From contig NC_086097.1 of the NCBI RefSeq assembly GCF_963921235.1, positions 1,984,001-2,048,000 of the forward strand: 64,000 nucleotides of DNA, given 5' to 3'. The notes beneath the pieces are model-generated. The model saw only the letters and a program-made list of their open reading frames with translations. It was not told the origin of the DNA and searched no databases. Each line of letters starts with the position of its first letter. The stretch's first letter is position 1. The position numbers and the translations under genes were made by a program. Shown one piece after another: positions 25,876-38,647 of this stretch. Source of the stretch: Mobula hypostoma (Eukaryota).

Positions 25876-26347
25876 CAGAATGTTGTGGATGCAATCTGAG
25901 ACATCCCTGACCCTGGCATCTGGGAGGCAACATACTATCCAGGTGTCCCGTTCACATCCACAGAATCTCCTGTCTGTTCCCTCAAAGTCTATTGAGTCCC
26001 CTATCACCACCACTCCCCCCTTCTCCCTCTTTCCCTTCTGCACCATGGACCCATGCCCAATGCCTGTAACCCAGTCTCCGTGTCATTCCCCTGGGAGGTC
26101 ATCCCCCACAACAGTATTCAAAACTGCTTCTACCACTACCCCAGGCAGTGCACTCCTGGCATCCACCACTTCTTGTGTAAAAACCTTGGCCCTCACCACT
26201 CCTGATTATACCAATTGCTGAGTATTTCCATCAATTTCTGTTTTTATCAGTGTTTCCTACCAGGTTTCGGAATTAACTAATAGAAATAAACAAAATCTAA
26301 AAGCTTACACTAATGCAACGTTGTTTGCCTTGCCCTGCTCTCCTTTT

Positions 26348-26439
26348 GAGTGAGATCTGCCTGCCCCAGGAACTAATCATTCAGCCAAGACACGAGGAGT
26401 GAGATCTGCCTGCCCCAGGAACTAATCATTCAGCCAAGA
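26348..26439. repeat. Perfect 43-bp direct repeat, two copies (period 49)
   Basis: GAGTGAGATCTGCCTGCCCCAGGAACTAATCATTCAGCCAAGA at 26348 and 26397. Confidence 0.92.
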
Positions 26440-26659
26440 TTGTGTCAGTGTTTCACCCACATCGTACGTCATTCCTCCTTTCCTCGTCGAATCAATACTT
26501 CAATCCAGATACACATTTCACCTCAGCCTCTCCATCTACCAAAGCCCATTCAATTCTTGATTTATTTATTGGAATTATTAGAATTTAATCTCCCCAGTTT
26601 CCCTGGTGCAGTTTAAACCCCATATGAACTCTACAACAAGTGTTCTAGATATTTATTGC

Positions 26660-27487
26660 TTAGAAAGTGGCAAATGAAATACAATGTTGGAAAATGCATG
26701 GTCATGAACTTTGGTAGTAGAAATAAATGTGCAGACTATTTTATAAACGGTGAGAAAATCCAGGAATCTGAGATGCAAAGGGACTTGGGAGTTCTTGTGC
26801 AGAACACCATGAAGGTTAACTTGCAGATTGAGTTGGTTGTGTGGAAGGCAAATGCCATGTTAGCATTCATTTCAAGAGGTCTGGAATACAAGAGCAGGGA
26901 TGTGATGCTGAGGCTTTATAAGGCACTGGTGAGGCCTCAGCTTGAGTATTGAGAACAGTTTTGTGCTTCTCATCTTAGAAAAGACGTGCTGGCGTTGGAG
27001 AGGGTCCAGAGGAGGTTCACAAGGATGATTCCAGGAATGAAAGGGTTATCATATGAGGAACGTTTGATGGCTCTGGGTCTGTACTCGCTGGAATTTAAAA
27101 GGATAAGGAGGGGATCTCTTTGAAACTGTTTGAATGTTGAAAGGCCTAGACAGAGTAGATGTGGAAAGGATGGTGAGGGGAGTCTAGGACAAGAGGGCAC
27201 AGCCTCAGGATAGAGGGGCGTCCATTTAAAACAGAGAGGCTGAGATATTTCTTTAGCCAGAGGGTAGTGAATTTGTGGAATTTGTTGCCACATGCAGCTG
27301 TGGAGGACAGGTCATTGGGTGTATTTAAGGAAGAGGTTGATAGGTTCTTGGTTGGACATGGCATCAAAGGTTACGGGGAAAAGGCTGGGAACTGGGGTTC
27401 AGGAAGAGAGAAAAAAGCCATGATTGAATGGTGGAGCAGACTCGATGAGCCAGATGAACTAATTCTGCTTCTATTTCTTATGGTCTA
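26660..27487 (+). mobile_element. CR1 3' fragment
   Basis: KWQMKYNVGKC..LVRPQLEY..GIKGYGEKAGNWG and CTTATGGTCT tail. Confidence 0.88.
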
Positions 27488-27590
27488 GGTACCACTTTCT
27501 AGTGGCTAATTAACGACGAGCCGACAGTGCATTTATGTGGTGACTTATGCAGCAGTGTTTTGTGTGTTAGGGTGTGATGGGAATTAATTA

Positions 27591-28599
27591 CACTGGACAA
27601 CAAAGATTTTGCTTCCCAAGTACCTTTAGGTGTACCTTATGAATTTTGGGTTGCTGATCATGAAAATCACCATGAAATTTCCCTATCAAGCACCTTTTTT
27701 TAAAATAAACTTATGTTTATTATTTCAATTCATAATTCAAGTCAATTAAAATGTTGCCTACAATGACAGCTGGAAAGTTTCCTATCTTGTCCAGGCATGC
27801 TTGGGTATGCTTAGGCAGCACGGCTGCTGCGTGGCAGGACAGGTTTTAGTAATAATTATTGGGTTCAAGACCGTAAGGATGGAATTTGCTATCACCAGGC
27901 ACAAAAATCTCTATGAAGGGTTTTGATATTTGAGACAGATGCTTTCCAGAATAACTGATGCCAAGATTAAGGAAAGCATTTTGTTGGTCCGCAAATCAAA
28001 CAGGTCATCAATAACAGGCAATTTGAAGAATTTCTGGTGGGACTGGAGAAAATCACATGGAAGGCATTCAAGGAAGTTGTTGAAATTTTTCTTGGGATCT
28101 ACAGTGCACCAAACTACAGGCAGCTGGTTGAAAGCATGCTTCAAGCATATAAGACCATGAATTGCAACATGTCACTAAGGGTTCATTTTCTGCATTCCCA
28201 TTTAGACTTCTTCCCTGCAAATCTTGGTGCTGTTCGTGACAAGCTTGGTGAAAGGTTTCACCAGGACATTGTGGTCATGGAGAAAAGATATCAGGGCAAC
28301 TGGAATCCATCAATGCTGGCGAATTATTGTTGGACACTTAAGCAAGAAGCCTCAGACATTGAGTACAAATGAAAATTATTAACAAAATATTTTTAATTTA
28401 GTTGAACTATTGCAAAGCATCAGCACCATTATGCAATTAAACACATTATATTCAATAAAAGTTAATTTGTTGTTTCTCCAAATTTCTGCATGATACAAGT
28501 AGTCTGAAATTATATTTGTGTTCATCTTCAAGCAGTCTATCATAAATAAATAAAAAATTCTGAGGAAACAACATTTTTGAAAAAATTTGTTGTCCAGTG
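27591..28599 (+). mobile_element. Chapaev3 (CMC superfamily) DNA transposon, internally deleted, retaining the transposase C-terminus
   Basis: 14-bp perfect TIR CACTGGACAACAAA/TTTGTTGTCCAGTG and 3-bp TSD TTA (TWA). ORF remnants DAKIKE..AWKAFKEVV-like, MSLRVHFLHSHLDFFPANLGAV..GERFHQDI..EKRYQGNWNPSMLANYCW. Confidence 0.82.
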
Positions 28600-28819
28600 T
28601 TATGTGTACCGACTCAGGTCACTCAGAGTCAAAGTCACCTGCACAATATCTGTACAACAGCTGCATCAGATATACAATATTCACAAGGAAGATTAGGTTG
28701 TACGGAAAACTACAGATAATATGGTTAGCGATGTGGAAAGGGTGAAGCAAGCACTACGTGATTGTTGTTTTGCCACAATATGATGCGTGAACAAGGCCTT
28801 AACTGAAAAAGCATCTGGT

Positions 28820-30375
28820 GCTTTGTCGGCGTTTATGGCGAATAAATTATTCTCGAACTACTGCCAGGTACGGGTATCGATTATAACCGATGTTTTGATG
28901 ACAGACACTGCATCTTCATCAGGGAGGATGCTTGGGCATGTCTAGTCCGGTGCTGTTTATACCCTCGTAGTCCCTCCCTCCTGATTGGTTAGTTCTCATC
29001 CAATCAGGATTCTGTTCTGCCAACTTGTTTACAATCAAATGCCAGTTCTTATTTAGAGTGAGACCTTTGACTTTGTTAAAATTCTTTTCCTCTAGTTTTA
29101 TTTCAATTGCTTCCTTTACCAGGTGGTCCCAAAAGCCATTGGCTTAGCACAGTAGTTTTCTGCTGTCGAAGTCAATTCTATGATCATCACGAATTCAGTG
29201 TTCTGCTGTCGCTGATTTCTCCGGGTAACCAAAACAGATAAACCTCCTGTGCTCCTTGATGTGCCAAGATCCCTTTCTGTAGTGGTGTATATCAGCCATC
29301 TGGCCAATATGCACCACTCCGCATCGCAGGGAATACTGTCAATGCCAGTCGACCTGATCCCCAGGTCATCTTTGACCCACATAAACTGTGATTTGAGCTT
29401 CCTTACGGGTTTGTGGATAGTATTAATCTGGTATTTCTTCAGGATTTTGGCAATCAATCCTTACAGAAAACATGGAAATATAGGGAAGATAGGTGGTAGA
29501 GACAGATTCCTCATCAGTGTTAGTTTTCCTGGTTTCTCTGTCAGCCCTATTAAAGGCCCAATTAACTTCCTTCACCTTGTAGCTATTCTGTAGGAATGTC
29601 ATGTGTAATTGTCTTATTTCGTCGGGGAGACTGGCCGAGTCCAAAATAGTTTTCATATGGTTAATCAAAGTAGAAACAACTGTTCTACGTTAGGAAGTGT
29701 GATGGTGGCTGTTATTGTTGAGGTATAAGTTTGTGTGGGGTGTATGGGGTGCCCAGGGAGGGGTAGCACCTCTGGTGGTGGGCTTGTTGTGCTCCACCCA
29801 GGGGCAGCTTGTCCACCTGTGGTCCCCACCTGGCACCCAGCTCTCACCTGTGGCTCCAGGTAACTGCTCACATGTGACAGTGGCCACACCCCAGTACACC
29901 ATTTCACAGGCCAGCTAAACCAGTGAGGGCAGCTGTGAACCTCCAAAGCCAATGAGACAGGGATAAGCCTACCCCAGCAGACGAAGCCAGTTCTGGTGGA
30001 CTGGGCAGATTAGATCCAACGGTCAAGAAGATGCTGCAACGCTTCATGCAGAGCAAAGCGCATGACAAGGCACAGAAGGTGTCATGGCTATCCACTGCAG
30101 CCGAGGAGGTCTCCAGTCGTGACAAATTTTCGTACCTTTGGACCAAGATTATTGAGGCTGAGAGAGTGGAACCGCCCATTGCAATGGCTTTCTCACTATA
30201 AAACTCCTCCCACACAGGTTACGTCACCGTCGAAAACAACAGACAACCAACATAAGTCCATGTGAATGGGTTTCCGATAGATGGGATGTCTGAGGCGACC
30301 ATTCGATTTCCGTCATATTAGAATGTCCAGGAATGGGAGGCAACCATTCTTCTCAATCTCCATCGTAAATTGAAA
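28820..30375 (-). mobile_element. Penelope-like element (RT thumb, GIY-YIG remnant, terminal repeat with decayed hammerhead), interrupted at ~29737-30250
   Basis: Minus strand 30375-30255 gives QFTMEIEKNGCLPFLDIL..IYRKPIH. 29116-29668 gives TYLPYI..IAKILKKYQINTIHKP..KDDLGIRSTGIDSIPC. CUGAUGA-AGAUG..CAUC-AAAAC-AUC at ~28886-28925. Confidence 0.8.
29737..30250 (+). mobile_element. Unclassified non-coding interspersed repeat (possibly RTE-derived) inserted in the Penelope element
   Basis: Interrupts Penelope codons. Diverged direct repeat ATAAGT(TTG/CCA)TGTG on both sides. Confidence 0.5.
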
Positions 30376-30721
30376 GTCTGAATGTGTATAGTCTGGCCTT
30401 TGACAAGGTGCCACACATGAGGCTTCTTAGCAAGTTAAGAGCTGATGGTATTACAGGGAAGTGACTAACATGGTTAGAGCATTGTCTGGTTGGCTGCCAG
30501 TGCCAGTTCCACAGGGGTCGGTGTTGGGACCACTTCTTTTTATGCTGTATATCAATGATTTAGAATAGATAATGGAATAGATGGCTTTGTTGCCAAGTTT
30601 GCAGATGATACAAAGGTTGGTGGAGGGGCAGGTAGTGTTGAGGGAACAGGTAGACAGATTAAGAGAATGGACAAGAAAGTGGCAAAATGATACACAATGT
30701 TAGAAATAAATGTGCAGACTG

Positions 30722-31117
30722 TAGCCTCCAACCTGATGGCATGAACATCAATTTCTCAACTTCCGGCAATGTCCCCACCTTCCCTTCCTTCACCATCTCC
30801 CATCCCCTTTCCCTCTCTCACCTCATCTCCTTGCCCACCCATCGCCTCCTCTGCCGCTCCTCCCCCCACTTTTCCTTTCTTCCATGGCCTTCTGTCTCTT
30901 TCACCAAGCAACTTCCCAGCTCTTTACTTCATCCCTCTCCCTTCACGTTTCACCTGTCACCTTATGTTTCTCTCTTCCCTCCCTTCACCTTTTAAATCAA
31001 CTCCTCAGCACTTTTTCTCCAGTCCTGCTGAAGGGTTTTGGCCCGAAACATCAACTGTACTTTTTTCCATAGATGCTGCTTGGCCTGCTCAGTTCCTCCA
31101 GCATTTTGTGTGTGTTG
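30722..31117 (+). mobile_element. Penelope-like 3' end (endonuclease C-terminus, pyrimidine-rich UTR, terminal repeat with decayed hammerhead at 31021-31056)
   Basis: SLQPDGMNINFS, then AGTCCTGCTGAAGGGTTTTGGCCCGAAACATCAACT. Confidence 0.75.
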
Positions 31118-31119
31118 AA

Positions 31120-33510
31120 AGGTCATGTAAGGTAGCAACAGTGAGTGGAAAATTGGATGATTGGGAAGTTTTTAAAATCCTACAAAAGGCAACTAAAAAG
31201 GTATAAGGGAAAAGATGAAATATGAGCGCAAACTACCCAATAATATAAACCAAGATACTAAAAGTTTTTTCATTTACATGAAGAGTAAAAGGGAGGTGAG
31301 AGTTGATATTGGACCACTGGAAAATGATGCTGGTGAGGTAGTAATGGGGGACAAAGAAATGGCAAGATGAACTTAATGGGTACTTTGCAACAATCTTCAT
31401 TGTGGAAGACATCAGCAGTGTGCCAGAGGTCCATGAGTGTCCACACTTTAAAAAAGGAGGAAAGCAAAATAAAGGAAGTTATAGACTAGTTAGCCTAACC
31501 GTGGGAAAGTTTAGAGTCTATCATTAAGGATAAGTTTTCGAAGTACTTGGAGACTAATGATAAAATAAGCCAAAGTCAGCATAGTTTCTGTAATGGGAAA
31601 TCTTGCCTGACAGATCTATGAGAGTTCTTTGAGGAAGTAACAAGCAGGGTGGACAAAGTGGAGGCAGTAGATGCCATTTACTTGGATTTTCAGAAGGCAT
31701 TTGATAAGATGTCACACATGAGGCTGCTTAACAAGTTAAAATCCTATGGTGTTACAGGAAAGATACTGGCATGGATAGAGGAATGGCTGACAGGCAGAAG
31801 GCAAAGGGGCCATTTCTGGTTGGTTGCCGGTGACTAGTGGTGTTCCTCAGGGGTCAATATTGGGACCACTGTTTCTCACATTGTTTGTCACTGATTTAGA
31901 TAATGGAGTTGATGGCTTTGTGGTAAAGTTTGTGGATGATACGAAGATAGGTGGAGGGGTAGGTGGTGCTGAGGAAGCAATGTGATTGCAGCAGGAGTTA
32001 GACAAATTGGAAGAATGGGCAAAAATGTGGCAGATGGAATACAGTTGGGAAATGTATGATATTGCATTTTAGTAAAAGGAACAATAGTGCGGACTATTGT
32101 CTAAATGGGGAGAAGGTTCAAACATCAGAGGTGCAGAGGGACTTGAGAGTCCTCGTGCAAGACTCCCAGAAGGTTAATTTACAGATTGAGTCTGTGGTGA
32201 AGAAGGCAAATGCAAAGTTGGCATTTATTTCAAGGGGAATAGAATATAAAAGCAAGGAGATAATGCTCAGCCTTTGTAAGACACTAGTCAGGCTGCACTT
32301 GGAGTACTGTCAACAGTTTTGGGCCCCAAATGTCAGAAAGGATGTGTTGTCATTGAAAAGAGTTCAGAGGAGGTTCATGAGGATGATTCCAGGAATGAAA
32401 GGGTTAACATATGAGCAGTATTTGAAAGCTTTGGGCCTGTACTCACTGGAATTTAGAAGAATGCGGGGGAAGAAAAGGAGGAAGAGATGGCAGCGCGACG
32501 GCAGCGCCTGCGGCCTCTCCGGTGATGAATATCTGTTATCTGTCAAGTAGGGGGCCGTGCACAATCCTGATTTGATGGAGACAGACGTGAGAGCACAGAG
32601 GAACATCTGGAGAAACTTCTGAAATGCCCGCTTTGCTGCCGCTGTTACTGTGTGGTCCGGAATCTCCGGAGGGAAAGGCTCCGAGTCCTCGGCTTTGCTT
32701 GTTTCGGCGGCCGGGACGAGGTCGAAGGTGCTTGGGAGGCAGTATCGGAGGGGCTGGTCGGAGGCTCGAAGTTTTCGGACAGACAGACTCAGTGTCCGCT
32801 GTGGTTGGGTGCTTCCAATGCATCGGCAATTGTCAGTGCCTGGAGGTTTATGGCAGGGACTGTGTCTTTTGCTGCCTGCTATCGGGGACTCGGGAGTCGA
32901 TCGGGACGTGAGACTTTTTTTTACTGTGCCCATGGTCTGTTCTTTATCAAATTATGGTATTGCTTTGCACTGCTGTAACTATATGTTATAATTATGCGGT
33001 TCTGTCAGTGTTAGTCTTTGGTCTGTCCTGTTTTTCTGTGATATCACTCTGGAGGAACATTGTATCATTTCTTAATGCATGTATGCATTTCTAAATGACA
33101 ATAAACGAGGACTGAGTGTTCTCATAATCTAATCTAACCTACTGAATGTTGAAGGGACTAAATAGGGTGGATGTGGAGAGAATGTTTCCTATGCCGGGGG
33201 TATCCAGAACTAGAGGGCACAGCCTCAAAATTGAGGGGTGACCCTTTAGAATAGAGGTAAGGAGGAATTTTTTTTAGCCAGAGTGTTGTGTGTCTGTGGA
33301 ATGCTCTGTCATAGGCTGAGGTGGAGGCCAAGTCCCTGGATTTACTTAAGGCAGAAGTTATTCATTTCCTGATTGGTCAGGGCATCAAAGAATATGGTGA
33401 GAAGGCAGGTGTATGGGGTTGAGTGGGATCTAGGATCAACCATGATAGAATGCTGGAGCAGATTCGATGGGCTGAATGGCCTAGTTCTGTTTCTGTGTCT
33501 TATGGTCTTA
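31120..33510 (+). mobile_element. Decayed CR1 ORF2 to 3' end, interrupted at 32470-33137
   Basis: [34 protein letters not shown] and CTTATGGTCT tail. Same family as 18695-20395. A further CR1 RT fragment lies at ~30395-30720. Confidence 0.88.
32470..33137 (+). mobile_element. Non-autonomous ~660-bp retroposon (copy 1)
   Basis: 5' GAGATGGCAGCGCGAC, GC-rich body, AATAAA and (ATCTA)n tail. Homologous end to end with 58850-59503. Confidence 0.75.
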
Positions 33511-33696
33511 TTTGGCATTGGACTTTAACCAGCACAATTGCCACAAATATCTAGTGCACTGCGTTCTGCTTCTCATTATCACTGGAATGCACTGCTCCTG
33601 GTTTTCAGTGAACTGAGCTAACATTGGACTTCTGATACAGTGTCTGAAGTAAGTGACTGCAATCTGGGCGCAAAAGGCACATTATCTTTCACCTGG

Positions 33697-34165
33697 AATT
33701 GGAGAGGGTCCAGGTGAGGTTCACAAGAATGATTCCAGGATGAGGGAGTTATCTTGGCATCTGTTGGAGGTTAGCAGAATGAGAGGAGATCTCATTGAAA
33801 ACTATTGAATATTGAGAGGCCTGGATAGAGTGGATGTAGACAGGATGTTTTCTATCATGGGGGAGTCGAGGATCAGAGGGCACAGACTTTGAATAGAGAG
33901 ATGTTCATCTCTTTGGAGATGAAGAAGAATTTCTTTAGCCTGAGCATGAGGAATCCGTGGAATTCATTGTCACAGACGGCTGTGAAGACCAACTCATTGA
34001 ATATTTTTAAAGCAGAGGTTGGCAGGTTCTTGATTAGTCAGGGTATTAAAGGTTACGGCAAGGAGACAGGAGAGTGGGATTGAGAGGGATAGTAAATCAG
34101 CACTGATTGAATGGCAGAGCAGACTCGATGAGCCCAATGGCCAACTCTGCACCTATGTCTGACCG
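33697..34165 (+). mobile_element. Old CR1 3' fragment
   Basis: KNFFSLSMRNPWNSL..GIKGYGKETGEWD. Confidence 0.75.
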
Positions 34166-34417
34166 TCTGATTCCGATGAATGAATTTGTTCAGGTTTTGC
34201 TGCCTGTTCCCTGCAGGCAAATCTCTCCACGGGTAGTGCAAATTCTGAAAATTACTCTTTCCACCTTCTGAGCTTTCTAAAATAGACAGACATTAAACAA
34301 TATATACTGCTTGAGTGGGAAGTTGATATAGAGGAGTCATCTACTCTAAAACCTTGTTTCCTGAAAATAGTTCTATAGAATTAAAGAATGCATTTGCAAA
34401 GATGCTTCATGGTTATA

Positions 34418-34960
34418 CACATAAAATACTGAAGGAACTCAGCAGGTCAGGTAGCTGAATAAAAGTCGATGTTTTGGGCCACGACCCTTCATCAGGAGAG
34501 GAAGGGAAGGGAAGGGAAGGGAAGGGAAGGGAAGGGAAGGGAAGGGAAGGGAAGGGAAGGGGAAGAAACCAGAATAAGGAGGTGGGGAGGGAAGGGAGGG
34601 GAGAGTTGAAACCTGGTGGTCAGGGGATGGGATGAAGTAAAGGCTGGGAGTTGAAAGGCGGAAAAGGTAAAGGTATGGAGGAGAAGGAATCTGGTAGAAG
34701 AGAGTGGACCATGGGAGAAAGGGAAGGAGGAGGAGAATCCCCATTGGGAGGTGACAGGCAGCTGAGGAGAGAAGATGAGAGGTCAGAGTGGGGAATTGAA
34801 GAAGAGGGAAGTGGAGGGGAACGCTCACCAGAAGCTGGAAAAATTGATGTTCATGCCATTGGGTTGGAGGCTACCTAGATGGAATATGAAGTGTTGGTCC
34901 TCCACCCTGAGAGTAACCGCCTCGTGGCAGGAGAGGAGACCACAGACCAACATGCTGGAA
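34418..34960 (-). mobile_element. Penelope-like 3' end with decayed hammerhead (34464-34497) and an internal (GGAAG)n expansion (34499-34561)
   Basis: Minus strand LRVEDQHFIFHLGSLQPNGMNINFS and CCTGATGAAGGGTCGTGGCCCAAAACATCGACT. Confidence 0.75.
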
Positions 34961-35744
34961 TGAGAATGGGAATAAGAATGAACATGTTTATGTTTGGAAC
35001 AGTGCACATGGTAGTTTGTCTGCAGAACTACTGCATCATATGACAGTAATCATTTTCCCTGAGAACAACGTGTGTTTTGAATCACCTTCTGAGGTCAGTC
35101 GGTAATATTTAATAAGAGTTGCAATAACAGCTACACAAAAGGCCAAATGCTTTTATTTAAATTCAAATGCAATTATGCCTGATTCTGATAAGCCCATTTA
35201 TGGGAACATCTGTTCAGCGCCCATTTGGTTGATTCTCATAAGCTTGAACATGTTGATAAGAATATTTTCAAAGCCTTCAGATAAAGGGCAGTGCACAGAA
35301 TCTGTTTACAAAAAACCTGACTAACGTATAGGCAGCACACTAAATAAAGAGCATTTCTCATCGTCTCAACAATGGCCATCATCATATCACAAGTTTCTGC
35401 CTCTAGTCCTCGAATCTACCTCGTCAAGATCATGTATTTTTCAAAGAAATCCTTTGTAAACTCCTGTGGTTAAAACCAAAATTACATGATCCACGTGGGG
35501 TCATCCCACCATCCCAGGAATTAATCTGGTGAATCTGCACTGTGCTGTCCCTCATGTAAGAACTCGAGCTAACGACTAGACCTATCTGCACTCATTTCCA
35601 ATGTACAATTCACATATAAAGAGGAAAACTGGGCTAGAACTCCAACATGGACAGTCCCAAGCCTGGCTGCAAAAGAAGGGTTTGCATGGAGCTAGCAACC
35701 TCATCCCGTGAAATCCCAGAGCCACAGAAACTCCTGAGGAAGGA

Positions 35745-36697
35745 TCCACCCCTCTGACTCTCAATACAGGAGCCCCTCAGGGCTGCGTACTGAGTCCCCT
35801 CCTTTACTCACTGTATACCCACGACTGTATCACCACCCACAGCTCTAATCTGCTAATTAAATTTGCCGATGATACTACATCGATTAGCCATATCTCAAAC
35901 AATAACAAAGTGGCCTACAGGGAAGTAGTCATCACCCTGACACAGTGGTGTCAAGAAAACAACATCTCCTTCAATGTCGCAAAAACAAAGGAGCTGGTTG
36001 TGGACTACAGGAGGAATGGAGACGGGCTAACCCCTATTGATATCGACGGACCTGGGGTTGAGAGGATAAACGGCTTCAACTTCCTTGTCAACCACATCAC
36101 CGAGGACCTCACGTGGTCTGTACACACCAGCTGTGTGGTGAAAAAGACACAACAGTGCCTCTTTCACCTCAGACGGTTGAGGAAGTTTGGTATGGGTCCC
36201 CAGATCCTAAGAACTTCCTACGGGGCACAATTGAGAGCATCCTGACTGGCTGCATCACTGCCTAGTTTGGGAACTGTACCTCCCTTAATCGCAGGACTCT
36301 GCAGAGAGTGGTGCGGACAGCCCAGCACATCTATAGTTGTGAACTTCTCATGATCCAGGACATTTACAAGGACAGGTGTGTAAAAAGGGCCCATAAGATC
36401 ATTGGGGACCTGAGTCACCCCAACCACAATCTATTCCAGCTGCTATCATCCGGGAAACGGTACCGCAGCATAAAAGTCAGGACCAACAGGCTCCGGGACA
36501 GCTTCTTCCACCAGGCCATCAGGCTGATTAACTCACGCTGATCTGACTGTATTCTATGTTACATTGACCGTTCTATTTATTGTAAATTATTATGAATTTC
36601 TATGATTGCCCATTGCACATTTAGATGGAGACGTAACATGAAGATTTTTGCTCCTCATGTATGTGAAGGATGTAAGAAATAAAGTCAATTCAATTCA
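35745..36697 (+). mobile_element. Rex1/Babar RT to 3' end
   Basis: TGAPQGCVLSPLLYSLYTHDC..KFADDTT, WCQENNISFNVAKTKELVVDYRR, LSSGKRYRSIKVRTNRLRDSFF and (CAATT)n tail. Confidence 0.9.
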
Positions 36698-36821
36698 TTT
36701 CAAAGATGGGTTGCACTTGGGGACAACGTGAAAGACTGGCCCAGGACACAGGAACCTGGTGAGCTGCTGTCAGTGGCCTATGTCCCAGTAAGGGCGATGG
36801 GCTTAGGTAAGTAAGATTACT

Positions 36822-36951
36822 TTTTGATGAAGGGTCTCGGCCTGAAACATCGACTGTAGTTTTTTCCATAGATGCTGCCTGGCCTGCTGAGTTCCTCCAG
36901 CATTTTGTGTGTGTTGCTGAATTTCCAGCATCTGCAGATTTTCTCTTGTTT
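36822..36951 (+). mobile_element. Penelope-derived terminal repeat with 5'-clipped hammerhead motif
   Basis: TTGATGAAGGGTCTCGGCCTGAAACATCGACT. Flanked by the direct repeat GATTACTTT at ~36815 and ~36954. Confidence 0.7.
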
Positions 36952-37164
36952 ATGATTACTTTCTGAGGAGATCACAGTCAATGTGAAATTAGCTTCTTAG
37001 CACCTTAGCACAGCCGACAATGGCCTGGCACCTAATTAATGAGCAATGTTGTGGTTTCCTTGTGGTGTGGAGTTGATTTGGCCAGACATGTAGGTTGATT
37101 AAATGTACACAACAAATATCAGTGAATTTCTGGAAGAAAAGTCATGTTTGACAAGGGTTAGGTT

Positions 37165-37425
37165 GTCACGGTAACATAGTGGTTAGCATGATACTATTAC
37201 AGCTTGGTGCTTTGGGGTTCAGAGTTCAATTCTAACATTGTCTGTAAGCAAGTTTGTATGTTCTCCACATGAACCACGTGGGTTTCCTCCGGGTGCTCCA
37301 GTTTCCTCCCACAGTCCAAAGACCTACCGGTTTGTAGGTTAATTGGTCATCGTAAATTGTCCTGTGATTAGGCAAGGGTTAAATTGGTGGGTTGTTGGGT
37401 GGGACTGAAGGGTCTGTTTCTAAAT
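37165..37425 (+). mobile_element. tRNA-derived V-SINE (HE1-like)
   Basis: GGTAACATAGTGGTTAG, AGTTCAATTC and V-domain GGGTTTCCTCCGGGTGCTCCAGTTTCCTCCCACAGTCCAAAGAC. Confidence 0.78.
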
Positions 37426-37524
37426 AAGGAAATACTGTAGATCTTTCAGAAGGTTTTTGATGATGTAACTGCTGAAGAGAGACCAGTGGCTGTGCTATAC
37501 ATGAACTTTCAGAAAACATTTAAA

Positions 37525-38278
37525 ATGCATTAGTGATAATTTTTCAAAACTCTTTAGATTCTGGACTAGTTCCTGAGGATTGGAGGGTGGCTAATGTAAC
37601 CCCACTTTTTAAAAAAGGAGGGAGAGAGAAACCGGGGAATTATAGACCGGTTAGACTGACATCGGTGGTGGGGAAAATGCTAGATCAGTTATCAAGGATG
37701 TGATAACAGCACATTTGGAAAGCGGTGAAATCATCGGACAAAGTCAGCATGGATTTGTGAAAGGAAAATCATGTCTGACGAATCTCATAGAATTTTTTGA
37801 GGATGTAACTAGTAGAGTGGATAGGGGAGAACCAGTGGATGTGGTATATTGGATTTTCAAAAGGCTTTTGACAAGGTCCCACACAGGAGATTAGTGTTCC
37901 AACTTAAAGCACACGGTATTGGGGGTAAGGTATTGATGTGGATAGAGAATTGGTTAGCAGACAGGAAGCAAAGAGTGGGAATAAACGGGACCTTTTCAGA
38001 ATGGCAGGTGGTGACTAGTGGGGTACCGCAAGGCTCAGTGCTGGGACCCCAGTTGTTTACAATATATATTAATGACTTAGATGAGGGAATTAAATGCAGC
38101 ATCTCCAAGTTTGCGGATGACACGAAGCTGGGCGGCAGTGTTAGCTATGAGGAGGATGATAAGAGGATGCAGTGTGACTTGGATAGATTAGGTGAGTGGG
38201 CAAATTCATGGCAGATGCAATTTAATGTGGATAAATGTGAAGTTATCCACTTCGGTGGCAAAAGCAAGAAAACAGATT
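37525..38278 (+). mobile_element. Young CR1 (family D) RT fragment
   Basis: [32 protein letters not shown]. Nearly identical to 63416-64000. Confidence 0.92.
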
Positions 38279-38647
38279 AGGAAAAGGGGAAAACCCATCC
38301 CTGAACAGAGGAGGTGGGGTATGACACCACCCATCAGCTATACACAATGCAGTCCTAACATCTCTACCCCAGCATCTCCACAACAGTTCACACCTCCATT
38401 CAAGCAAAGGAAAGACTAATGACCCTCTCATTACCTCTACAATTCTTAACGACCCTCATGTGATTACTATACCTTCAAACACCTCACCGAGTTTATAAAC
38501 CAGAAAACTACCTGCCATGGATCAGAACTGAAGAAGGTGAGTGGCGAAACATCTTCGAGACAAGACCACAAGTCCATTTGCCTTGATTTACTCCTGCTTG
38601 ATGTGTAATGTCCTGGGTGATGAGAACCTTCATAGATATGGTTGATC

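Larger units (their letters stand above)
20805..26125 (-). mobile_element. Long decayed CR1 (ORF1 esterase, APE, RT, 3' end) with three nested insertions
   Basis: 3' end at ~20805, RT 22705-23276, APE 24306-24677 (VAITESWL, GRGGGVALLV, IYRPPN), esterase remnants at 24850-25215 and 25876-26125. Confidence 0.82.

Noticed and set aside
38440..38575. Possible Gypsy RT remnant (..IRTEEGEWRNIF..)
   Set aside because: Too short and degenerate to support without a profile search.
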